Source: an uncultured Chitinophagales bacterium
Lineage (GTDB): Bacteria > Bacteroidota > Bacteroidia > Chitinophagales > JABDMM01
Assembly: GCA_963991145.1 (NCBI GenBank)
Contig: CAXDOZ010000003.1
Location: 1 to 51,068, forward strand
Length of the DNA: 51,068 nt
Reading direction: 5' to 3'
Under the pieces are notes generated by a model. It saw only the letters and a list, made by a program, of their open reading frames with translations. It searched no databases and was not told the DNA's origin. Below, piece by piece: positions 40,030 to 49,553 of this stretch. Made by a program: the position numbers and the translations under genes. Every line of letters starts with the position of its first letter. The stretch's first letter is position 1.

Positions 40030-40082
40030 ATATACCCGAAGTACCCAAACCCTTACCCTTAAACAACCTTAAATAACTCAGT

Positions 40083-42164
40083 ATGAAATACATAGTACTC
40101 CTATTACTTCCCCTGTTGATAGGTATGAGTACAGAGGTGGAGGCTCAAGCCACCTATGAAGCCAATAAAGACCTTAAAGTCAGGAAGAAGAAAAAAATGG
40201 CTAACCGCCTGCGTAAAAATGGCAGTTATTACAATGCGGTTAACTATTATGAAGATGTTCATGTTGCTAAACCTGAGAAAAGTAGAATCATCTACTACTT
40301 AGGGGAGCTTAACTATGAATTAAGAGATTACGAAGAAGCAGCCAAATACTTTACTCAACTAATGGAATTAGATGAGAATGGTAAAGGATATCCTATGGCT
40401 CCACTTCATTATGCAAAATCTCTTAAAGCCCTTGAAAAGTATAAGGAAGCAATCATTATCCTCGAAAGCTTTAAAGAGACTTATAACGATAAGAAGACAA
40501 GGGAGAAATTTCATGCTTTAGCTGACAAAGAGATCGAAGGTTGTAAATACGCTCTTCAACAAATGGAAGAGGGAAGCTTGGGTGAAGTAACTCCAATGGC
40601 AGCAGGATTTAATGAGGCTCTGCAAGACTATGCACCTCTTCCAACAGAAGAAGGTATGTTGTATTCACGCCTCTATTCAGATACTGCAATCGCTCTCAAT
40701 TCTATTAGAGGAGGAAACGTAGGTCCTAACAATGCTACTGGCTACTACAGCCGTATACTTTCAGTTAAGGGATCAGGAGATTCATGGGAAAAACCTGAAC
40801 CGCTTTCTAAAGGCGTAAATGCCGAGGATGCTCACGTGGGTAACCCTGCTATTTCTCTTGATGGAAATACCATCTATTACACTCAGTGTTACGAGACTAA
40901 AACCCTTACGATGGAGTGTAACCTTTACTCTGCAAAGAAATCAGGGGATTCCTGGGGTGAAGGTGAAGAAATGGAAGAACTGAATGCCAAGAAAGCTACT
41001 ACAACTCACCCTGCCGTAGGGGTTGATGTAAATGGAAATGAGGTTCTATACTTCTCTTCTAACCGTGAAGGTGGAATTGGTGGTATGGATATCTGGTATG
41101 CAGTTAAAAACTCAAAAGGAAACTTCTCTGAGCCTAAAAATCTAGGTAAAGTCATCAATACTGTTGGTGATGAGGTAACTCCTTTCTACGATGAACTATT
41201 TGAAGTTCTTTACTTCAGCTCTGATGGACATAAGAACATTGGAATGCTGGATGTATTTAAGATTGAAGGAAATGTTGGAGAATGGGATACAGTTGCAAAC
41301 CTTGGAATGCCTGTTAACTCTCCTGTTGATGATATCTATCTAAAACTTGGAGATAATGGTGAGGACGGATACATGGTTTCTAACCGTATTGGTACTACTT
41401 CTCCTCGAGGTAAGACTTGCTGCGACGATATCTGGAATGTTTCTGTTCTTAAGCCTAGAAATCTTGTTCTTAAAGGATACTTCGCTGAAAAAGGAGATCC
41501 ACAGAAAAAACCTCTTGCAGGCGTAGATGCATCACTATACGAAGTAGATGGGAACAACTTCCTATTCGTAGATAATGTGACTACAAATGCTGAAGACATG
41601 TTCTTATTCGATCTTACTCCAGGAGTAGATTATAAGATGAATGGTTCCAAAGAAGGCTACTGGCCGAGCGTAGATAACATTGAAACTCCGGATGAGATCC
41701 TTAGAAACGATACTATCTTCCAGATCTTCTACATAGAGAAGATCGTACGTCCGGTTATTCCTGTTAAAAGAGTATACTTCGCTTTCGACAAGTCTGATGT
41801 TAGAGAGATCTACAAAGACAGACTTGATTCACTTACACTTGCTCTTCAGGACAATGAAGAATTCTTCCTAAGAATCGAAGGTCACACAGATAGCAAGGGT
41901 ACAGAATCATATAACCAAAAGCTTTCTGAAAGAAGAGCTGAAGCTGCAAAAGGCTATTTGGTTGAAGAGAAAGGAATTGACGAAGGTCGAATTGAAACTG
42001 AAGGTAGAGGCGAGAATGAGCCTATCGCTGAGAACGCTTTCCCTGATGGAAGAGATAATCCTGTTGGTAGAGCTAAAAACCGTCGTGTAGAATTTGAATT
42101 GATCTCAGATGATGAGTCAATTGAAATCGAATACATCGATGACGATCCAACTGTAATCGAATAA
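40083..42164 (+). CDS. PorE-like TPR-PD40-carboxypeptidase regulatory-like-OmpA protein
   Basis: TPR region; YFSSNREGGIGGMDIW and YFSSDGH PD40 repeats; YFAFDKS, GHTDSKG..YNQKLSERRA and NRRVEF OmpA motifs. Confidence 0.88.
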   Translation: MKYIVLLLLPLLIGMSTEVEAQATYEANKDLKVRKKKKMANRLRKNGSYYNAVNYYEDVHVAKPEKSRIIYYLGELNYELRDYEEAAKYFTQLMELDENGKGYPMAPLHYAKSLKALEKYKEAIIILESFKETYNDKKTREKFHALADKEIEGCKYALQQMEEGSLGEVTPMAAGFNEALQDYAPLPTEEGMLYSRLYSDTAIALNSIRGGNVGPNNATGYYSRILSVKGSGDSWEKPEPLSKGVNAEDAHVGNPAISLDGNTIYYTQCYETKTLTMECNLYSAKKSGDSWGEGEEMEELNAKKATTTHPAVGVDVNGNEVLYFSSNREGGIGGMDIWYAVKNSKGNFSEPKNLGKVINTVGDEVTPFYDELFEVLYFSSDGHKNIGMLDVFKIEGNVGEWDTVANLGMPVNSPVDDIYLKLGDNGEDGYMVSNRIGTTSPRGKTCCDDIWNVSVLKPRNLVLKGYFAEKGDPQKKPLAGVDASLYEVDGNNFLFVDNVTTNAEDMFLFDLTPGVDYKMNGSKEGYWPSVDNIETPDEILRNDTIFQIFYIEKIVRPVIPVKRVYFAFDKSDVREIYKDRLDSLTLALQDNEEFFLRIEGHTDSKGTESYNQKLSERRAEAAKGYLVEEKGIDEGRIETEGRGENEPIAENAFPDGRDNPVGRAKNRRVEFELISDDESIEIEYIDDDPTVIE

Positions 42165-42184
42165 TCTTTTTGGTAAGAAGTTTG

Positions 42185-42218
42185 AAAGGAGAGGCATATT
42201 GTCTCTCCTTTTTATTTT
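42185..42218 (+). terminator. Intrinsic terminator of the T9SS operon
   Basis: AAAGGAGAGGC-ATATT-GTCTCTCCTTT followed by TTATTTT. Confidence 0.85.
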
Positions 42219-42224
42219 CATAGT

Positions 42225-43310
42225 ATGAAGCAACACATTCTGATATTGACCTTAGGACTGCTCCCCTCCTTTCTGTTTGGTCAAAGACTGGCAGCATTTG
42301 AGGATGATCAACGATTCTTCTTCGTATACGACGAAGGGGTTGTTACCAGATTGGAGACTCTGCCTGTAGCAAGTTTTCATGTTGGAGGGAAGTATGTAGC
42401 TTATATCAATACCAATAGCATGCTTCATATCTACCACAAAGGCGAAGTATTCAAACCAGATCAGGGGATTCCAGATAGAATCATCCCCACAGATCATTTA
42501 ATGGTTTTTCGCTTTGGTTCACAAATCCAGATCCTGGAAGGTTTAAGGTTTGAAACAGTTGAATCCTGGGCCGTTGGCCCGATGGTAGCAGGGGATTCCA
42601 TGATTGCTTTTCACAATAATGTAAACTCTTTTAAATGCTGGTACAATGACTCATTGTATCAACTTGAGGAGTGGGAAGTACAGCAATTTGAATGTTCAGA
42701 CAACCTGCTTGCCTACGTAGATAGATTCGGATACCTGAAGGTATTCTACAGAGGAGAAGTGATTCAAATCGAGGATTTCCCACCGATGTATATGGTGCCT
42801 GGAAGAGAAATGCTTGCCTACGTTGACAACCTTGGGAACTTCAAGATCTTCGATCATGGGGAAGTGTATGAGCTCACAGCTTATCCCTTAATGGAGAAGC
42901 ATATTTACATGCCGGATGGAATGGTTGTTTTTAAGGATGACATCAACAGAACAATGCTCTTTAAAGATGGCGAGGTATCAGAGCTTTTTGACCAGGAACC
43001 AAGACAAATCTGGGCTAATGAGAACATGATCACCTTCCTTGATCAATCTGAAAGGATTTACACCTATTACAATGATGAGTTGATCTATGTGGACAGATTA
43101 ACTCCAGTAATGGTAGACATGGATAATGACATAATGGTCTATACCGATTTTGACATGCGGCTTAGAGGTCTGGTATTCGGAGAAAAAAGAATAATTTCTG
43201 AGGATATACCGAAAGCCTGGAAAATTTACAATCAGGTGGTGGCATTTACTGCATTGAAAGGAATGATAAAATTTTATGATAATGGTGAGACCGTCACATT
43301 CAGCTTTTAA
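42225..43310 (+). CDS. Secreted protein of ~10 tandem 35-aa beta-rich repeats
   Basis: Signal peptide (LFG-Q); repeats such as LAYVDRFGYLKVFYRGEV and LAYVDNLGNFKIFDHGEV. Confidence 0.75.
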   Translation: MKQHILILTLGLLPSFLFGQRLAAFEDDQRFFFVYDEGVVTRLETLPVASFHVGGKYVAYINTNSMLHIYHKGEVFKPDQGIPDRIIPTDHLMVFRFGSQIQILEGLRFETVESWAVGPMVAGDSMIAFHNNVNSFKCWYNDSLYQLEEWEVQQFECSDNLLAYVDRFGYLKVFYRGEVIQIEDFPPMYMVPGREMLAYVDNLGNFKIFDHGEVYELTAYPLMEKHIYMPDGMVVFKDDINRTMLFKDGEVSELFDQEPRQIWANENMITFLDQSERIYTYYNDELIYVDRLTPVMVDMDNDIMVYTDFDMRLRGLVFGEKRIISEDIPKAWKIYNQVVAFTALKGMIKFYDNGETVTFSF

Positions 43311-44082
43311 AGTCCTTAGCTATCTATTTCTTACACTACTTCTCTCCTCTTCCATATATTTAAACGCCCAGACTAGTATTGACAATGATCTGATACAGAA
43401 GATTGAAGCTCAATTCGTGAGCTCTTTTGAAGCAATCATTGAATCTGATATAATGACAAGGCAGGACAGTCTCATCCCTGCCTTTAGAAATGATTTATCT
43501 GGTTTCTTAAAGAATAAAGAAACATTCAACTACCCATTTGAGGAACTTGGTAAATATGTCAAGATCACTCAGGTGCCCGGAGTAAACTTTAGGATTTTCG
43601 GCTTTGATGAACTAACCGGAGGAAGATTTCATGAAATGTGTAATATCATCCAGGTCAAACTACCCAATGACCAGACAAGCGTTTCATTTCTCAATAATTC
43701 AAACTCTTTGAGTTTTGGAAATTATAATGATATAATCGTTTACAAGATCATTGATTGGGGTGATGAAGAAAGCAATTCATTCCTACTATTTGGATGGGGT
43801 AGCAATGGCACAGGGAAAAAGTTTGAAACGGTGAGAATGGTAGAGTTTGATGGTGCAAATATGATAGAAAAGGAGAACATTTATTTCGACGGAGCACTTT
43901 ATCATAATTACATCTTCACAGAAGCCCCAAGATCAGGTGAAATCGGACTCACAGCCAAACCACAGGATAATACTGTTTCATTGACACTCTTCCACGAGAC
44001 AGAATCAGGTTGGATACAAACAAACAAACCTGTAACCTTTTCATGGGATGGTAACGTATTTACAAGGAATGTTTCAGAATAA
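43276..44082 (+). CDS. Secreted hypothetical protein
   Basis: Signal peptide ending YLNA-Q; start uncertain and overlapping the upstream gene. Confidence 0.65.
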   Translation: MIMVRPSHSAFKVLSYLFLTLLLSSSIYLNAQTSIDNDLIQKIEAQFVSSFEAIIESDIMTRQDSLIPAFRNDLSGFLKNKETFNYPFEELGKYVKITQVPGVNFRIFGFDELTGGRFHEMCNIIQVKLPNDQTSVSFLNNSNSLSFGNYNDIIVYKIIDWGDEESNSFLLFGWGSNGTGKKFETVRMVEFDGANMIEKENIYFDGALYHNYIFTEAPRSGEIGLTAKPQDNTVSLTLFHETESGWIQTNKPVTFSWDGNVFTRNVSE

Positions 44083-44091
44083 GGAATTCAG

Positions 44092-44121
44092 GCAACCTGA
44101 GCTTTACTCCGCCTTGTCTAT
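44092..44121 (+). promoter_or_regulatory. Putative ECF-sigma promoter GCAACC-N18-GTCTAT
   Basis: In a 60-nt gap, ending 21 nt before the ATG of the type-A T9SS cargo. Confidence 0.5.
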
Positions 44122-44142
44122 CTTTTATATCAAATCAAAAAC

Positions 44143-46203
44143 ATGAGGATTTTTCTACTCCTGACAGTTCTATTCACTCAATTCTTAATTGGGAATTCAA
44201 GAACACTCTATGTTGATCCTGTAAATGGTAACAGCGCATATGATGGTAGTTCGCCCACTTTTCTGGGTGGAAATATAGGCCCCAAGCAAACACCACAACA
44301 AGCTATCAACCTCTTTCAGGCAGGCGATACTATAAGGCTTGCCAATGGAACTTATAATAATGGCTCCCCTTCTATCATTGATATCAAAAATCAGGATGGA
44401 TTGGTCATAATTGGGGAAAACCGCGATAGCGTTATTATCGACGGCACCAATAAGCAATTTGCTGTTTCCATAAGCACATCAACAACAAATCCAAATGTAG
44501 ATGTACAATTACACAACTTAACCGTCATCAACACCAATGGAGGCACCTCACCGGCTCATATTCTCATCTGGGAGGCAGAAAGAATTAGCCTCGGCAACAT
44601 CACAATTGAGGGTCCTGGTCAATTCAATGCACCGGGAGATATGTCTACTGGAATCAAGATCATGGAAACTGACAGCGTTTCTTTGCGCAATGTTACAGTT
44701 CGATCATGCGAAGGAAATGGAATTGAAGTTGGAGGCGGATCCAGTAACCTAATGCTTCACAATATTGAAGTATTCGCTTCATCATCTGATCTTGGAACTG
44801 GAGGGATTCTGTTAAGGACACCAAGTGCAGGAATCTTCCCTTCAGGAGACATCAGCATTCCTACATGGACAGGAAATCTTGAGCTTGATTCATGCTATAT
44901 AGGGATTTATTTTGATACTCAAAGCGGTACTATTTCTCTAGACTTCTCAGGAAACTCTGTAATTGAAGACAACTTCCTATTAGATGCAGCTCTTTTTGGC
45001 TCATCTACTATACCTATCCAGGAACTGAAAGAGTTGGGCTTTAATTTCATTGGTACTCTAGGGATTTTGCCAGGGGTCGAAACTTACTTTGCAGCAAGAG
45101 ATGATCTATTAGCACTTACAACAAACCCAACTTATGTAGCTTCCTCTATCGCCTCTGATATAGACAGAACCATTTGGTTTGTGGAAGGTGCCATGAAGAC
45201 AAACCTGCCGGTTAACAATGCGAGCTCTGGAGATACCATCGCTTTTATTGGAGAGGATTTTAGCACTGTAGAATTTCTCTCAAACAATGAACTCTACATC
45301 ATGGCTGAGGATGGACTTGTAAGATTTAAATCCTTCAATGTGAATGGAACCCCAGCCTTTGCCAAATTGATCAACAACTTTGAGGTCATTGAGGAATTGA
45401 TCTTAACCAAGGGAAATATTGAAACAGACAATTTCAATCGCCTTACGCTCGAACCAGGTTGTCTGATCATCGGAGGAAGTGACATTAGCCATGTTGATGG
45501 ACCTTTGAATTTCAAACTTGCATCCTCAGGCAACAGTGTTCTTAGCTTTCCACTTGGGAACTCAGGAAAATATAGAAGAGTAGATCTGAATATTGATCAA
45601 AGCAATTCAGATACTTCAGTTTACTCAATGGACATGTTGAATGGAGCTCCGGCTGCTAATCAGTTGCCAGCAAGCCTGGATAGGCTTTTAAGTGACCACC
45701 ATTGGACTTTTAGTGTTAATGGAAACAATTTCAACAATGCAATTCCAACTTTAGCCTACAACAACCCTGACGGAGTTAATGACACAAGCAGTTTAAGAGT
45801 AGCATTTTCAGATGATCAAACGAATCTAAATGACCTTGGGGGAAGCGGAAATCAGGTTGTTACAGGATCTATAACAGCAACCTCTTTTTCAGGACCTGGA
45901 GAGCTTGTTCTAGCAAACTCTTCTGGTGGGGGTAATTTTACTGGAATTGACAGACCTCAGGATAGAACCGATATTCTTCTATATCCAAATCCAGCCAGAA
46001 ACACAGTTTTCATTCAAATTGACAAACCCGAACTGTTTAGTTCGATGGTGATCATTGACATGCTCGGTAGAGCAGTTCTAGAAAAGCCTATTCCTGATTC
46101 CGGAATGGCTGAGATTACTGTTGATAACCTGCCAAATGGTTATTATCAGTTGCTTTTCACAGGATCAGAGGCGGCAATTAAGAATTTAATCATTGCCAGG
46201 TAG
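44143..46203 (+). CDS. T9SS type A cargo with N-terminal right-handed beta-helix
   Basis: TLYVDPVNG..QQAI..GDTIRLANGTY; parallel beta-helix repeats; C-terminal LYPNPA..IIDMLGR..LPNGYY. Confidence 0.88.
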   Translation: MRIFLLLTVLFTQFLIGNSRTLYVDPVNGNSAYDGSSPTFLGGNIGPKQTPQQAINLFQAGDTIRLANGTYNNGSPSIIDIKNQDGLVIIGENRDSVIIDGTNKQFAVSISTSTTNPNVDVQLHNLTVINTNGGTSPAHILIWEAERISLGNITIEGPGQFNAPGDMSTGIKIMETDSVSLRNVTVRSCEGNGIEVGGGSSNLMLHNIEVFASSSDLGTGGILLRTPSAGIFPSGDISIPTWTGNLELDSCYIGIYFDTQSGTISLDFSGNSVIEDNFLLDAALFGSSTIPIQELKELGFNFIGTLGILPGVETYFAARDDLLALTTNPTYVASSIASDIDRTIWFVEGAMKTNLPVNNASSGDTIAFIGEDFSTVEFLSNNELYIMAEDGLVRFKSFNVNGTPAFAKLINNFEVIEELILTKGNIETDNFNRLTLEPGCLIIGGSDISHVDGPLNFKLASSGNSVLSFPLGNSGKYRRVDLNIDQSNSDTSVYSMDMLNGAPAANQLPASLDRLLSDHHWTFSVNGNNFNNAIPTLAYNNPDGVNDTSSLRVAFSDDQTNLNDLGGSGNQVVTGSITATSFSGPGELVLANSSGGGNFTGIDRPQDRTDILLYPNPARNTVFIQIDKPELFSSMVIIDMLGRAVLEKPIPDSGMAEITVDNLPNGYYQLLFTGSEAAIKNLIIAR

Positions 46204-46282
46204 CTTCAATAACGTCCTATTCTGTACATATCTTAAAAATTCCTTGTGCAAAAGGAACCGTACTAAGGGAGTCACTTGAGTT

Positions 46283-46290
46283 TAGCTTTG
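46283..46290 (+). promoter_or_regulatory. -7 element for the response regulator
   Basis: Perfect TAGCTTTG; no clear -33 element. Confidence 0.35.
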
Positions 46291-46303
46291 TGTAGCTAAC
46301 AAA

Positions 46304-46786
46304 GTGCTCATGTCAGATCAACCTTATCGCTTATTGCTCATTGAAGATAGCTACGCTGAGATTCGTCTCATTGAAGAAGCTATCAAAGAAGCGGGAATCA
46401 AGGATACTGTCGAGCTCAAACCACTGCAAAACCCTGAACTGGTAATGGAAACACTTCAGGAGCAATTTGAGATCGGTCAATTGCCAGACCTTGTTCTACT
46501 AGACTTGAATATGCCACGAATGCATGGCCTCGAAGTATTGAAGATGGTCAAGTCTGAGAAAGAATTTGTTGAGATTCCAGTTTACATCCTCACTAATTCC
46601 GATAATAAGATGGATATGGCTGAGTGCTATGAGGCAAAGGCTGATGGATACGTACAAAAGCCTACTGATTTTCACCAGTTTGTAGCATTCTTCACCGCCT
46701 TGAAAAAATCGATCGAGCTTAAGGATAGGATATCAGTTCTATATCTGGACAAGTTCTACCAGGAAGCTCTTAAAATGGCCATGTAA
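46304..46786 (+). CDS. Single-domain response regulator (Rcp1-like)
   Basis: LLIEDS, PDLVLLDLNMP, ILTNS, YVQKP. Confidence 0.88.
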   Translation: MLMSDQPYRLLLIEDSYAEIRLIEEAIKEAGIKDTVELKPLQNPELVMETLQEQFEIGQLPDLVLLDLNMPRMHGLEVLKMVKSEKEFVEIPVYILTNSDNKMDMAECYEAKADGYVQKPTDFHQFVAFFTALKKSIELKDRISVLYLDKFYQEALKMAM

Positions 46787-48409
46787 TTAATTTGCCGGCC
46801 AGGTAAAGTGTACTGTGGTTCCCTGATCTTCCTCAGATTCAATCCAAATTTCACCTCCATTTCCTTCTACAATTGCCTTGCAAATCGTAAGACCTAATCC
46901 TGCACCTTCCGGTCCTGCACTATTTTCAAGCCTGCTCGTAATATCAAATATCTTCTCGAGGTACTCCTCAGGAATCCCCCTCCCATTATCCTTTACACTG
47001 AACAAGTAGAAATCTCCGAGCTCTTTTACAGTAAGCCTAACAACCCCCTCATTTTTACTGCTGTTCGCAGCATTTGAAAGCAGATTGCTAAATAGTAAAT
47101 GAGCTTCCTTGGCATCAGCATTGATGGTTGGAAGGTCTTTCGCGATCTTAAAATTCACATGAGCATACCTCAATTTAAGATCTGTAACAATGGACGGAAC
47201 CAGGTCTTTCAAACTGCAATCACCCTCAGCCTTACTCTTACCCATCCGAACCAGGTACTGAAGTTGGCGTAAATAAGCATCAATCTTCCCTCCTGCCTCT
47301 TTGATGTAGTTAAGAAACTCCTCCTGCTCGGAGCTAGGATCTTCCTGAATTCGCTCAAGAAGCTGACTATAGTTTAAAATAATCCTCACGGGCTCCTTGA
47401 GATCGTGAGAAGTGAGATGAATCAGATCATCCACACTTAAGCCGGCCTCTGTGCTCACTTTTACGCCCTTCGGGCGGATTAAGATTGTGCGACCATTCCT
47501 GTTAAAGATGCTCGCTGGAAGTTCTGTGATCTCGATCTTAGGACCGGATTTTAACTTGATTGAATGAACTCCGACAATAGGTTTCTTCCAATCAAAACTG
47601 TCACTACTATCAAAGACTTTACTTAGCGTCCTTTCAGTGTCAGATGACTTGATCAATTTGAAAAATGAGCTACTTGTTTCTGAAATTAACCCGTGCTCTA
47701 CTATTGCCCATTCCCAGCCTAAACGATGAGCGAAGATCTCAGACTTTGGCTTCTCAGGCTCTTCAACGTACTCAATCAGAACCTTGAACTTACTGTTCAA
47801 ACTCTCAGAAAATGGGTGAATGCTGATTCTAAAAAAACCCGACTGATCCCAGGCAAACTCAGCCCTTTTTAATCCTTGTTTGACTAATGATTGTACCTGA
47901 GCCAATAATTCAGGATTTCCCGTTGGATCAAGTCTATGATCATCTACCTCATTAGCATAAAGGATCTCTGCAGATTCAGACATCAACCAAACAGCTAATG
48001 GCAGCTTGTCTAACAAAGCTAATGATTGGGTTACCTCGCCTTGTGAACGGGCATTTAACTCAGACCAGTCCTCCTGTACTTTTCTAGAAGAAATTAGCTC
48101 TCTGATCAGGCTGTTAAGCCTACCACTTAAAAGATCTTCCGGTGAGGGGTCTTTAAGATCAAGGTCTGGATCTTCTGCCAGATAGATCAGCTTTAGATCT
48201 AGCTTCTCGGCCTGGGTCTTTAAGAGATTTAGCTTTTCCTCATCTTCAGAGAAGCTGCTTAGGATAATCAGGTCTGGATTGGTGTGATTCAGGGTAAAGA
48301 TCGCTGCAGGTAGATCGGGACGAGTAAGAAACTCTATTCCATCGATCTCAAGCCCTTTTTGAGAGGAAACGCGATCATCTACAAGTAAAACCTGAATTGC
48401 TTCGGACAC
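46787..48409 (-). CDS. Sensor histidine kinase with degenerate N-terminal receiver-like domain
   Basis: TSHDLKEPVR, NLLSNA, DNGRGI, GAGLGL; N-terminal VLLVDD..PDLIILSS. Confidence 0.82.
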   Translation of the reverse strand: MSEAIQVLLVDDRVSSQKGLEIDGIEFLTRPDLPAAIFTLNHTNPDLIILSSFSEDEEKLNLLKTQAEKLDLKLIYLAEDPDLDLKDPSPEDLLSGRLNSLIRELISSRKVQEDWSELNARSQGEVTQSLALLDKLPLAVWLMSESAEILYANEVDDHRLDPTGNPELLAQVQSLVKQGLKRAEFAWDQSGFFRISIHPFSESLNSKFKVLIEYVEEPEKPKSEIFAHRLGWEWAIVEHGLISETSSSFFKLIKSSDTERTLSKVFDSSDSFDWKKPIVGVHSIKLKSGPKIEITELPASIFNRNGRTILIRPKGVKVSTEAGLSVDDLIHLTSHDLKEPVRIILNYSQLLERIQEDPSSEQEEFLNYIKEAGGKIDAYLRQLQYLVRMGKSKAEGDCSLKDLVPSIVTDLKLRYAHVNFKIAKDLPTINADAKEAHLLFSNLLSNAANSSKNEGVVRLTVKELGDFYLFSVKDNGRGIPEEYLEKIFDITSRLENSAGPEGAGLGLTICKAIVEGNGGEIWIESEEDQGTTVHFTWPAN

Positions 48410-48473
48410 ATACCGAATTTAGGCTTTGATCTTCTAACAAGCCTTTGAATAATCTTCAGGATACTAACAATTT

Positions 48474-48893
48474 TTAACGGCAATTAGGGCAGGTACCCTG
48501 AACAAGGATATCCATCTCATTCACTCTGTAACCCTCCGGGAAAGTTAAACCAGGAACAGTAACCTCTTCAAGGCAGGTCGTTTGTTTACATGAGTTACAC
48601 TTGAAATGAACGTGGTTGTGATGGTGCTCTTCTGACTCACATTCATCCGGACAAAGAGCAAACTTTGAAACTCCACTATCATCAAGGATCTTATGCAAGA
48701 TTCCCTTATCCAGAAATGTGTTGAGAGTTCGATATAGGGTAACACGATCGTAATCCTGACTCAGATTAGTCTCAAGATCACTGTGGTTTAAAGCAAACTC
48801 ATTACCAAGAAAAACATCAAGAACGTCAGATCTACATTCTGTTCTCCTAAGGTTATGTTGCTTTAAGATATCCCATGCTACTCTCGTTTCCAT
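48474..48893 (-). CDS. Fur-family transcriptional regulator
   Basis: DRVTLYRTL, HHHNHVHFKCNSC, CPNC; start 48893 preferred over 48926. Confidence 0.9.
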   Translation of the reverse strand: METRVAWDILKQHNLRRTECRSDVLDVFLGNEFALNHSDLETNLSQDYDRVTLYRTLNTFLDKGILHKILDDSGVSKFALCPDECESEEHHHNHVHFKCNSCKQTTCLEEVTVPGLTFPEGYRVNEMDILVQGTCPNCR

Positions 48894-49052
48894 TCTGCAA
48901 ATTTTTAGAAAATAACGCTGCTTCAAAAATCTGAAATGCCATTATTTCTCAGATACAAAGAAAAAACGGTCAGTAATCTAAACAGTTCATTTTCTAAAAA
49001 GAGAGCTCATAAGCCCCCAAGGTTGCCTAAGAAGCCATAGATTGTATGCCCT

Positions 49053-49508
49053 ATGAACCTTATAGAGCTAAGACAGGAAAACTCAGAAAAACTCCTACTT
49101 GACGCAAAAGAGATTCTAGAATCTCAATACAGCTATCTCGAAGATTCTAAGGAAAGAATCGATGCATTAAGCTTTTTAAAAACTGCAGTTTCAGAGCACA
49201 ATCCTGCGAGGATCTTTCTTTTCCAGAAATCAAATGGAGAAAGTGTTGGTCTGGCCCTGGTTAATTTGGCCTGGGGCTATGAAACTGGGGGTTCTTATTT
49301 GTGGGTCAATGAATTGATCATACACAAAAAGCACCGCAAAAAGGGATATGGAAAGCTATTCAGTGCTGGAATCCTGGAATGGTGTAAAAAGAATAAGATC
49401 AAGGCACTTTATGCTGTCACTTCATCAATCAATGATGCATCGCAAAGAATGATGCTACAATCTGGATTAAATCTTCGTAGCACGACCTGGTGTGAAAAGA
49501 TCTTCTAA
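49053..49508 (+). CDS. GNAT family N-acetyltransferase
   Basis: WVNELII..HRKKGYG acetyl-CoA motif, NDASQ. Confidence 0.8.
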   Translation: MNLIELRQENSEKLLLDAKEILESQYSYLEDSKERIDALSFLKTAVSEHNPARIFLFQKSNGESVGLALVNLAWGYETGGSYLWVNELIIHKKHRKKGYGKLFSAGILEWCKKNKIKALYAVTSSINDASQRMMLQSGLNLRSTTWCEKIF

Positions 49509-49509
49509 C

Positions 49510-49540
49510 AAAAAAGGCCGCATAAGCGGCCTTTTCTTTT
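49510..49540. terminator. Bidirectional intrinsic terminator between the GNAT and gdh genes
   Basis: AAAAAAGGCCGC-ATAA-GCGGCCTTTTCTTTT between convergent genes. Confidence 0.88.
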
Positions 49541-49553
49541 GAGTTTATATCCA

